A DNA stretch of 64,000 bases from Octopus vulgaris (Eukaryota), in the NCBI GenBank assembly GCA_951406725.2, contig OX597826.1, forward strand, positions 45,756,001 through 45,820,000. The letters are read 5' to 3'. This document shows, in pieces, positions 15,101 to 27,333 of this stretch. A model generated the notes under the pieces. That model was not told where the DNA came from, made no database searches, and worked only from the letters and a program-made list of their open reading frames with translations. The position numbers and the translations under genes were made by a program. The first letter of the stretch is position 1, and every line of letters begins with the position of its first letter.

Positions 15101-15558
15101 GGGCGGAGTCATAGAGAGAACAGAGGTAGTAAAGAATATACTTTACATGTGCACACATGTTAAAATGTTGAAATAATAAGTTAAAATTTTGTTTACATAA
15201 AGTTGATTTATTGAAATTACACTAATCTGTTGAATTATTATTATAACTTATTTTTGTTTTTTTTATATTCCTACTTTCATCATATTTTTCAAGAATTTTA
15301 TAGCTTTGAGTCATTCAATTTACCTAGAAATAATTGCATATTTTAAAACTTATAAAGAAATGTAAATGTTTCTAACAGGCAAATATATTTAATGATAGTG
15401 GTAGATTGTTTTAAAGCAATTGTGAAATAGATGTTTCAGTGTGTGGATCTAGAATCATCATCATCTTTGTCATTTTAACATTCACTTTTTCACGCTTGCA
15501 TGGGTCGGAAGGAATTTGCTGAGGCAGATTTTTTACTGCTAGGTGTCCTGTCTGTCTC

Positions 15559-15845
15559 CATCATCATCATCATTGTTCGACCGTGGTCGAGACAATGGAA
15601 TTTACCATGCTACGCCAGACTTCACGGTCCATCATGGCATTACGGAGGTCCTGTTGCTGGATGCCTGTATCCCTGGAGATTACATCAGGGTAGGAGAGTG
15701 TGCGCCCTCTGGTATTGCGAGTAGATGTCTTCCAGAGGAGAAGAGTAGAAATTACCTCTTTTTCAGCTCTACAACAATGTCCAGCAAACTGGACTCTCCT
15801 ACCTTTCACAAGAGATGACACAGGAGGTAGTTTTCCATATATTTG
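15559..15845 (-). mobile_element. RTE-clade LINE 3' end with (TGA)n tail
   Basis: IYGKLPPVSSLVKGRRVQFAGHCCRA...RGRTLSYPDVISRDTG...MMDREVWRSMV* followed by tgatgatga. The same terminus (tctcgaccacggtcgaacaatgatgatga) recurs at about 1288-1316 on the + strand. Confidence 0.8.
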
Positions 15846-16624
15846 CATTTTGGTCTCCAACCCTCACCTGTATCCAAGCAAGGTGATGTTTGCCCCACAG
15901 TTAAACATGTTTTCATGAAAGACTGTGATGCACACTCACACACTCACTTACCTGTATGCTAAAGGTTATGGTAAAATTACTTTCTCGAGTTCATGCTGGC
16001 TCATAAGGGCCGGTTTTTCCCAGTTTTCCATGGCACATAAATTCCTCACCAGGATGAGACACCAGTCTGTCACAGAATTACTCATTTTTGCCAGCTGAGT
16101 GGACTGCAGCAGCATGAAATGAAGTTTTGCTCAAGAACACAACGCATCACCCAGTCCAGGAATTGAAACCACAATCTTACGATCAGGAGTCCAACACCCT
16201 AACCACTAAGCCACATGCCTTCACACCTCCCCACTCAATCACCTGCTCACCCACTCACTAACTAATACATTCACACCCTCTCTCTCACCCCATCCCAATA
16301 TATATATAAACAGCGCATGATCTTGCAGGTGGAGCCCACTTAGAATTTTCTTCAGGTTGAGTAACCCATCCTGCTCAAAAGGTCCCTGTATCACTCTTTA
16401 CTCTTTTACTTGTTTCAGTCATTTGACTGCAGTCATGCTGGAGCACCGCCTTTAGTCAAGCAAATCAACCCCCAGGACTTATTTATTCTTTGTAAACCTA
16501 GTACTTATTCTATCGGTCTCTTTTGCTGAACCACTAAGTTACGGGTACGTAAACACACCACCATCGGTTGTCAAGCGATGTTGGGGGGACAAACACAGAC
16601 ACACAAACATACACACACACACAT

Positions 16625-16675
<51 letters not shown>

Positions 16676-17925
16676 TACGCCAGGCTTCCTTCAGTTTCTA
16701 TCTACCAAATCCACTCACAAGGCTTTGGTCGGCCCGAGGCTATAGTAGAAGACACTTGCCCAAGGTGCCACACAGTGGAACTGAAACCGCAAGCTACTTA
16801 CCACACAGCCACTCCTATGCCTATGATTATTATTATCATTATTATTAGTAGTAGTATTATTATTTGTATATGATTGAAAGTGTAAAAGTATTCCAAAAAT
16901 GCCTTGTGGTATTTAGTTGTTTCTCTTTATGTTTCAAGTTCAAATTCTGCCTGGTTTGACTTTCGTTTCTTTTTTCATCTTTCTAGACTTCCAATATCCC
17001 ATTTATTATTCATGTATCATGATTAATTAAATTAACTATACTCTTCCACAAATGTTTACTGTTAGAGAACTCCATAGTTTACTTCTGTAGTGTTTATTTC
17101 TGTTGTGTTAACCTGATGTGAGACGAGACAAATATTCCCCTGGAGAGAACACTTGCCTATCACATGTAGCTCCTGAGGATGGAATTAATTGTGCCAGGTA
17201 CTGTTAACTAATAAATCACTCACCAGATCTACATGAAGGTTAGCGAGCATGGCCCTTCCTTCATGGAGTCATTAAAATTAATAATCCTATGATATTCTGT
17301 TCCAGCAGTTATGCCACATAATTATTCAGTTCATTAGACAGCTTTTCTCTAATTAACCATACACAAATTAAATACTGTTCCTCTGGATGTGTCACATTCA
17401 TTGGTTACATTTCACATTTACATGTCGTCATGGAAACCCCATTTTTTCTTTCTTTTTTTTTTTTGTTAATTATAACAACCTCTTAATTCAAGTATTAATT
17501 AATCAATATAATTAATCTTTAGCAGGCATCTGCAGAGTGTGTGAACCTCTATAATCCTTAGGTTTTTAATTTAGGAAATGTCATTATATATTCTACCTAC
17601 CCTTCACAACAGGTAGCCTAAACATGGTCGTTCAATCTCCTAGAAAGTGCAGCCAAACATATCTTTCGCTTCTATATTTCTGTTGAAATACACTACCTTT
17701 TGTTTAAATTAGTTTTGGAAATAATTACAAATTTAGTAAAGTAATTGTCATCAGACATGGCTGTGTGGTAAGAACCTTGCTTCCCAACCAAATGGTTCCA
17801 AGTTCAGTCCAACTGTGTGGCACCTTCGGCAAGTGTCTTCTTCTGTAGCCTTGGGCCAACCAATCAACCAATGCCTTGTGAGTGAATTTGGAAGATGGAA
17901 ACTGAAAGCCCATTTTATATGTGTG

Positions 17926-17991
<66 letters not shown>

Positions 17992-18899
17992 CATGTGCAT
18001 GTGTGTGTGTGTCTTTTTCTCTCCCTGGCATCGCTTGACAACCAATGTGGGTGTGTTTACATCCTTGTAACTTAGCAGTTTGGCAAAAGATACTGACAGA
18101 ATAAGTACTGGGCTTACAAAGAATAAGTCCTGGGATCAATTTCTTTGACTAAAATACCCTTTAAGGCAGGACTCCAACACAGCTACAGTCAAATTCTTGA
18201 AACCAGTCAAAGAATAAAAAAATATAAAAAGGCACAGGCATGGCTGGGTGATAATGAAACTTGATTGGCAACCACATTGTTTCAGGTTCAATTTAACTGT
18301 ACAGCTACTTGGGGCAAGAGTCTCTGGCTATAGACCAGGATGACCATTGCTTTGTAAGTGACTTTAATAGATGTAAACTGTGTGAAGGCCTGTCACACAC
18401 ACACACACCAAATTTCCTCACAACACATTGGTCAGTTTATGGCTATGGTCGAAGACACTAGCCCTTAGATGATGTGCAGTAAGATTGAACCCAAAGCCAC
18501 AAGGCTGAGAAGTAAACTTCTTATCTACACAGCCATGCCATATATGTATATATGATAAAAGATTCTAATGTAAAACAAATTAGACACCTTTCATGGTTGC
18601 TTATATTGTCTCATTGAAATTTAGCCCCACCCCTATTTTTAGCCTAAAATTTCTTCAAGACAGTCTGAATCCTATTCTCTTATTCATATATACAAAATTT
18701 ATCAAGACTTCACATCAATATATCCTTCTTAATTTGCATAAACCATCATGGCTACAGTTCAAGTACAACCTAAAGCATATATATGCATATTTAACTGTTC
18801 TGTCTAGTGTGCAAGGAGTCCTACGATGGATACCTCTTATGTGTTTAAATGTACACTGTATTTATATATATATATATACATATATATAATGCCATGTTG

Positions 18900-19098
18900 A
18901 ATTGTTAGCTCTTGCACGCATTTTTTTTCTCTCCTTGTTTCTCTCCTTGTTTCTTTTCTGTGTATCTTTCTGTTGAAGAGCATAGGCTCGAAACGTAAAA
19001 GACTTGTTTTATTTCTATTCCTGAGCGCCATACTAATACAATTGTTTGTTTGTACTCCACCTGCCTTCATCTTTTGTTTATTTTCGTAAACCTTCCCG

Positions 19099-19100
<2 letters not shown>
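18900..19100 (+). mobile_element. short TA-associated repeat carrying a hammerhead-like core (ctgttgaagagc...gctcgaaacgt)
   Basis: Homologous to 12180-12360(-) and 19440-19635(-). Shared motifs are ctg(a/t)tgaagag...gaaacgt and ttcctgagc. Confidence 0.55.
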
Positions 19101-19137
<37 letters not shown>

Positions 19138-20259
19138 TGAGGCTACCATTGGTTTCATGCTCAAGAAATCCTCAGCAATTTTCAAGCCTATCACATGGAA
19201 CATTAGCGTTTGTCTCCATTTTGGATTAAAACATGAAAAGTAACATAAAATCACAATAAAAAATGCACAATATTTTGGATATACACAAAAAAAAAGACAG
19301 CGGGGGAAACAACTCTTGCATGAATATTTCTCGGATTTGACTTTTGGAATGAATTTGTATCCACCAATTAGATGCTGAGTACTTATTCCCGTTGTTCGAT
19401 ATTTACATATTATGTGTGTGTGTATATATATATATATAGTTAATCCAAACATGAACAAAGAGAAAACACAACAATGCAAGGACGTGGAATAAGTATAGTG
19501 TTTTTGGACGCTCAGGAAAGGAATGAAAGAAGGAGGATTTAACGTTTCCAGCGGAGCTCTTCATCAGAAATATAGAAAAAATGAAAAAGTCCAAAGAAGG
19601 GAAGACAGAGAAAGAAAATCGCCAACGATACACACATGATCACATATTCCTGGATCAGGCTATTTAGTGCTTGTAATAAATACAATAAAAACAAAACAGA
19701 ATAAAGAATTACAAGAAGCAATTACATTTCTAAAGGAAAACAAATTCTTTCATTTAGGTCTTTCCAAGCAGTTTTCAACAAATATCCTATTTCTTTTACA
19801 AACATTTTATGAGCAGACCCTCACTGCATATCATATATATATATATATGTGGTAAGTAGCTTGCTAACCAACCACATGGTTCCGGGTTCAGTCCCACTGT
19901 GTGGCACCTTGGGCAAGTGTCTTCTACTATAGCCTCAGGCCGACCAATGCCTTGTGAGTGGATTTGGTAGACGGAAACTGAAAGAAGCCTGTCGTATATA
20001 TTTATATATATATGTATGTATGTGTGTGTGTGTTTGTGTGTCTGTGTTTGTCTCCCTAGCATTGCTTGACAACCGATGCTGGTGTGTTTACGTCCCCATC
20101 ACTTAGCGGTTCGGCAAAAGAGACCGATAGAATAAGTACTAGGCTTACAAAGAATAAGTCCCGGGTTCGATTTGCTCGACTAATGGCGGTGCTCCAGCAT
20201 GACCGCAGTCAAATGACTGAAACAAGTAAAAGAGTAAAAAAAAAAAAGTATATATATAT

Positions 20260-20291
<32 letters not shown>

Positions 20292-20525
20292 CGAACCGAT
20301 CGTGACGATGCCGGACCCTCCGGCCCCTGTGCAGGTGGCACGTAAAAAGCACCCAATCCACTCACGGAGTGGTTGGCGTTAGGAAGGGCATCCAGCCGTA
20401 GAAACTCTGCCAGATTCAGACTGGAGCCTGGAGCGGCCCCTGGCTTCCCAGACCCGGTCGAACCGTCCAACCCGTGCTAGCGCGGAAAGCGGACGTTAAA
20501 CGATGATGATGATGATGATGATGAT
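20292..20525 (+). mobile_element. retroposon family D 3' end with (GAT)n tail
   Basis: gtggttggcgttaggaagggcatccagccgtagaaac...aagcggacgttaaacgatgatgat. Related copies at 13495-13800(-), 28095-28452 and 31510-31997. Confidence 0.75.
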
Positions 20526-21431
20526 ATGTCAGAACATAATGCAATGCTACAGGTGAGGTGGCTGTCTTTATTTCTTGTATAGAAATCCCAACAAGTTTTG
20601 ATTATGTTTTAAATTTTAGTTTTTACATTTTTTTTTATAATTTTCATGCATACATGAAACATACCCAGGTTTCAAAACCTATTATTATTGTTGTTGATGT
20701 TTACATTATTGTAGCTAACAAGCAGTTTGTCATAAGTTTACATTATTTTTTTTTTTTCTGTAATATTTAAAGGTGACAAAAACATGAATGGCTGTATGAT
20801 TAAGAATCTCAATGTGTAAAGACATGGTTTAAGGTTCAGTTCTAGTGTGCAGCTCCAGAGTGGCCAATGCTCCATGAATGAACTTAGCAGATAGAAACTG
20901 TGTGGAATCCCATTTTGTGTATATACAAAAAGCACCCAGTTGTAAAGTGGTTGGCATGAGGAATGGGAATCCAACTGTAGAAATCAAGCCAAGTCAAACT
21001 GGAACCTGGTGCAGCTTTCTGGCTTACTGGCTCTGGTCAAACTGTCCTACTCATGCCAACGTGGAAAATGTACTTTAAATGAGGATATATATATAAGCTG
21101 AGACCCCCTTCAGTCATGAATGACCATGGGATTGCCCCTAGAAAGTTACCCTCCCAGGCACAAGTCCAGGCAAAGTTGTTTATGGAAGACCAGCAGTTGC
21201 CATTGCATACTGGCCTTCCCTATCCACGCCACCAGTGTTATCCAAGGGAAAGGCAAAGGCCAATACAGCTTGGCACCTGTGATGTCACAACTCATTTCTA
21301 AAGCTGAGTGAACTGGAGCAACGTGAAATAAAGGGTCTTGCTCAAGAACACAACACATAGCCTGGGATCCGAACTCACAACCTCACGATCGTAAGCTGGA
21401 CACTCTAACCACTGAGCCATGTGCCTTCACA

Positions 21432-21481
<50 letters not shown>

Positions 21482-23391
21482 AAGTAAAGACCCCCTTCGG
21501 CCATGAATGACTATAGGTTTCCACCTAGAAAGTTAGCCTCCAAAGCTCAAATCTGGCCATGGTTGTTTTATGGAAGACCAGCAGTTTCCTATGCATACCA
21601 AACTTCCCTCTCTACTGATGTTATCCAAGAGAAACGCAAAGACCAATACAGCTTGGAACCAGTAACATCGCAACTCATTTCTACAGCTGAATGAACTGGA
21701 GCAATGGGAAATTAAGTGTCTTGCTCAAGAACACAGCATACAGCCCGGTCCAGGAATCAAACCGACTACCTCATGATTGTGAGCCTGACGCTCTAACCAC
21801 TGAACCATGCACTATATATATGCATGTGATTTTGCCCTCCACCAATCAAACATCCATTCCTATAACTTAGTGGATCATCAAGAGACCAATCAGATATAAA
21901 AAATTATTTCTGCAATCAGTATGCTTGTCTAAAACCATTTAAAAATGGTGCTCCAGCATGGGCACAGTCCAAAGATTGAAACAAGTAAAAGATAATAAAA
22001 GAGAGGCATCTATCTATTCAATTCCCTCCCCCCCTACTACTAGCCCTTTGTTTCTAGAACGCGTATAAAATTTTTCCTCACTCAGCGGCTAGTACAATCC
22101 ACTTTGAAAAGTACTGGTTTAGAACTACTGCTATTTGTAATTTGGTGTAGCAAGGTAAAGGAAGTCTCAGTAGTCCACTGATCTCTCACAAACAGATAGA
22201 TGATGTGAGAAAATTATAAAAAACATTTGCTTAGAAGAAAAGCAGAAAAGCAGAAATTTTACTGTTGGCTCATAAATTCATTACTTTCAACAGCTGTTTC
22301 ATTAGGAATAAGTATAATTAATTCTACATTCATATAATTAAGATAAATAATATGAATTTAACTTCAAATACTCCTAATGATTTAGGATAAATATTGATTT
22401 AAATACATTTATTTTAATTATGTTAATTACTGAATGAATTATGTTTATTCCTAATGAAAATAATTCAATTATGAGCTCTCTATAAAAATGATTGCTTTTC
22501 TACCTTTTATTCTGAATATAGATCATTGTTAAGGACAGTTTTAGATAATTATGTTTATAACCGTTAACTTCTTTATTTGAAGTAACTACATTGTTCTGTG
22601 TTGGATTTTGACAACTTTATTAATTGAGATCTTAATTATTGTGGATAGATATTCGTTTCAATGTTTTCTACTTCAGCTCTGTATGTAAACAACATTTATA
22701 CAACTTAACAATCTGATCCAAATTTTCTACTAATGTATATATTGTAAAAGTATCATCTTGAAATAGTAGTTAAGAGGAAAAAAACTACTAAAATAGAATA
22801 TTAAACGACAGTTGAAACTTAGTACAGACTTACTGTAAATTATAAATGAGATATATGTGAAAGCAATCCTTTTGTTACCATTTTCTGTAGGAAAATACAC
22901 TGTCATTGTTTCAATTAATCTTGAAAATAAAGATAAATTTTAAATAATTGGTCCTTGTAATTCAGTCACCTTTACATTATACATGTTAGGCATAGGTGTA
23001 GCTGTGTGGTAAGAAGCTTGCGAGTTCAATTCCACTGTATGGCACCTAGAACGAGGGCCTTCTATTATAGCCTCAAGTTGACAAAAGCTTTGAGAGTGGA
23101 TTCAATAGGCGGAAACTGAAAGAAGCTTCTCATGTGTATGTGTGTACCCCCTCCCCTGCCAATGCTTGAGAACAGGTGTAGGTGTGTTTATGTCCTTGTA
23201 ATTTAGTGGTTCATCAAAAAGGGTCTAATAGAATAAGTACCAGGTTTACAAATAAAAGAAGTACAGGGGGTCAATTCATTTGACTAAAAATTTCTTCAAG
23301 GAGCTGCTCCAGCTTGATCGCACTCACATGACAAACACGTAAAGGATAGAAAAAGCAACATTTTGGACTTACGATACTTTTACATAATAGC

Positions 23392-23439
<48 letters not shown>

Positions 23440-26047
23440 ACAAGCAGGCTGAAACTGCTAAGTGACTCTCAGGCTTCTTGTAAAAGTATAAAAAACATGT
23501 AATTTACAAAAAAGTATTAAGTAATTCTTCTGTTTAATGTTAAATTGTTTTTATTATAATTCCACATTAAAAACAAACTTTGATATATATATGTATGTAT
23601 GTATTAATAAATATATATATATATATATTATATGCCAAATGTGTTTTTTCCAATATCTATTTTCATTTGCAATAGCTGGTTCTTTTGGTCAAACTATTCT
23701 ATCTCCAGCTGCTTCAGATGCAAAGATATCAAAAATTGTCAAAGTGTAGTACAATGGTTTTGCTATGGAATGGTGAAACTAATTTTTTTTTCGTTTTCTG
23801 AAAAAGCAACATTTTGGACTTACGATACTTTTACATAATAGCAACTATATATACATATATACTCATTTTCTTTTGATTTTTTATTTGTTTTAAAAAAATT
23901 TTGTTTTCCTTCTAATTGGTGTGAAACTTATTGATACCAATAGCTGAAAATTATTGCCATTAGAAAGTTAGATTCTTGTTGGGGTGGGAGGTCATCAACA
24001 TCTGTTAGTTTCTTCCTCTCATAACCTCTGATCATCTTTTACACATGAAAATATATATTAAACAACTGGTTATCGTATCTATCTATCTATCTCATCTTGC
24101 TATCGCGGCATAAGCACAATATTCGTCCTTACATATTTAACTGGCAATCAAGCCTTCGAATGTTTCTTTACCTCAGTAAAATTAAGCGGGAACTAAACAA
24201 GTAGCTATTGGAAATTATGTTAAGTATTTTATGTTCTAAAATTATTTTTTTTACTTTCAGACAAATTCAAACAAATTCTGTATCTTGGTAATACAAATGA
24301 GCGAGGAAATTAAAAAAAAACAAGAAGAAAAGAAAAGAAGAAATTGGTAAAGAGTGTTTCGATCAGGTAAAAAAACACCAGTCTGGATACGCACACACCT
24401 GCACACATTTTGATTTATGAACAGACTCAACAGCAAATTCATTTGCACATCTCTTTTACTCAGAATGTGGAAAACTAGAACAACTGCTACAAGTCATTTG
24501 GTTTCACATGGAGTTTGTCAATTCACCACCTATAATAATAATAATAACCGGGCGAAATGTGTACACGTATTTAGTCTGCCGTTATGTTCTGAGTTCAAAT
24601 TCCGCCGAGGTCAACTTTGCCTTTCATCCTTTCGGGGTCGATAAATTAAGTACCAATTACGCACTGGGATCGATGTAATCAACTTAATCCATTTGTCTGT
24701 ACCCTCTGTGTTTAGCCCCTTGTGGGTAGTAAAGAAATATATAATAATAACTTCCAAATTTTGGCACAAAAACAGCAATTCTAAGAGGTTTGCTGGTTAT
24801 CTCAACCCCCCAGTGCTCAACTGGTACTTAATTTTATTGAACTTGAAAGGATGAAAAGTAAGGTCAGACTCAGTGGAATTGGAACTCAGAATGCAAAGAG
24901 CTGGAGGAAATTCCACAAAGCATTTTGCCTCCTGCAGGTACTAATAATTCTACCAAATTATTGCCTTTCTGCTTTTGGCACAAGGTGAACAAATTGCAAG
25001 GCAGTGGGGAAGTAGGCTATATCAGCCCTAGTACTTATTTTATCAACCTCATTTAGATGACAGGTAAGGTTGACCCTAGCAGGATTTGAACTCAGAATGT
25101 GAAGAATGGGGAGAAATACTGCTGAGCATTTTTTTCTGACATGCTAACAATTCTGCCAGCTTCCCACTTAATAATTCTTTCTAGTAAAGGCACAAGGCAT
25201 GAAATTGAAATCTAGTCAGTTACAACTCTAGTGCTTAACAGGTACTTAATTTATTGGCCCCAGAAGGATGTAAGACAAAGTCGACTTTGGCAGGATTTGA
25301 ACTCAGAATATAAAGCTGAAAGAAATGCCATCAAGAGCAGTAATGATTCTGCCAGCTTGCCGCCTTAATAACGATCTCTTCTTCTGTTCCTTTGGCAGAA
25401 AATAACAACCACTTTTCATTACAAAAGGATGCTTTGGCTGAACTAACCAAAAACAGGACAGAGAAGGTGTAATAGAAATTTGTGAGTTTGTGTGAAACAA
25501 CAAGGCTTTAGTGAGAATTTACAAATATTCTTCAGGATCCAAGGAAAAAATAAAATGAAAATAAGACAACCAAAGCAGTATGGCAATTTTATATAAATTT
25601 TTCAATCATATTTTCAAAAAGGTAACTGAAATTATGGCAGCTTAACCCTTTTGTTACCATATTTCTGTTGAAATATGGTGCCTTTGCTTCAATTAATTTT
25701 GAAAATTATGAAGTATTTAATAAAATAAATTTGTCATTATTGACTTTGGTTTTAGAACAAAAATTAACATGGAAATTTTAATGGAAGGTTTTAAATTAGA
25801 TCACTTTAATTCAGAAAGTTTGTATCATAGAAGCAGGAATGGTCTCAGGCAGGATGATATCAAAAGGGTTAAGTTGATCAGCCAGCATCATATTCCTTGT
25901 AAATGATGCTCGATTCCTGTATTTCATTTTATATCTATTTTGGCACATTGACGGTGGGAGTCTGGAGATGTCTTTTTTAAGTACAAATAAAATAAAATAA
26001 AATATTAAGAAATAAAATGACCCACAAAACTATATAATTTAATGTTC

Positions 26048-26078
<31 letters not shown>

Positions 26079-26213
26079 GTAATTCTGTAAACCATCAATT
26101 GTGGAACATACGGATTTATTCTGTAGATTGGTGTGCGTTTGGCGGCGATGGACATCATTGTTCAAGACTTGCGTGTTGAGGAAATATAAAAAAAAAACTA
26201 AAAACTGTACTCA

Positions 26214-26252
<39 letters not shown>

Positions 26253-26283
26253 TATATATAATAGATATATAATTATGAGTATA

Positions 26284-26407
26284 ATTCTATAATTATGAGT
26301 ATAATTATAATTAGGTTCACAAAAATTTGCTTCACCAAATACCACATATGTGGTGAAGCAAATTTTTGCTGAATCCTAATTATAATTATACTTATAATTA
26401 TAGAATT
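26284..26407. repeat. near-perfect inverted repeat (hairpin, ~55-bp arms)
   Basis: aattctataattatgagtataattataattaggttcacaaaaatttgcttcacca ... tggtgaagcaaatttttgctgaatcctaattataattatacttataattatagaatt. Confidence 0.85.
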
Positions 26408-26496
26408 TTTGTATAAGTTTATCAATAATGGTTCTTTTAACATACCGAACTACTTGGTAAAATTATTAATTATTGATTAATTAATTAATTTTACCC

Positions 26497-26546
<50 letters not shown>

Positions 26547-26825
26547 ATGTGTGTATATATGTACAATAGATTGTTCCTCCCTTTCAGTTTTGGAATAAAA
26601 TATTATAATTATTATTTTAGATGGAGAAATATAACTGATCCCTTTCTAACAAAAGTTAAAAAAAATATATTTGTGCATCTCTTCCTATTCTAAAAGGGGA
26701 AGAGAAAATACTCTATAACAGTTACAGAGATGAAATATTACTCTTCTCTGTAATGAGTAAATACTTTGCCCTCCTTCAAACATAGATATACAAATATATA
26801 TATATGTATATATATATATACAGAC

Positions 26826-26858
<33 letters not shown>

Positions 26859-26921
26859 AATGTATGATGTTTGGTGTCTACTTATATAATAAATTCTCAC
26901 ATCGATATAGCTCAATTGTCT

Positions 26922-27333
26922 TTAACCAAAGTTAGGTTTACAGCCACAGAGACCATTCCTTTGCAAAACAGGCATCCACCTGGGAGGACATTTCTTTGAA
27001 GCACAAATATTAGCCGTTTTTGAAGGTTTCGTAATCTTCGGGGTTGTTTTCTTTTCAGTGGTCGTCTCTATTGTCGTTGGCATCGTCGTCGTTTTAAGAC
27101 CTTCGGTGGATAGAATCTCCATCAGGAAGCTTCCTTTATCAAGATCATCGGTTGACTGGCCATTGGTAATAGCAGCATCAGTTTTAGCACGTTCGGTCTG
27201 AGGTTTACCATCACTGTTTATCCTGTTAGAATCAAGCTGGTTGCTCCCTGATTTTGAAATTTCGCTTTGCTTCACAAAACTGGCATTAGCAGATGCAAAG
27301 TTAGTTCCATCATATCCTCGGTAATGTTGGCAT
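26922..27333 (-). CDS. PVF gene terminal exon: Thr-rich stalk and C-terminal Cys module
   Basis: Acceptor caattttctctgcag|A TGC completes the CTC motif from the previous exon. Open frame to TAA, with a TTTMPTTIETTTEKKTT tract and CASKKCPP...CGC. Confidence 0.88.
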
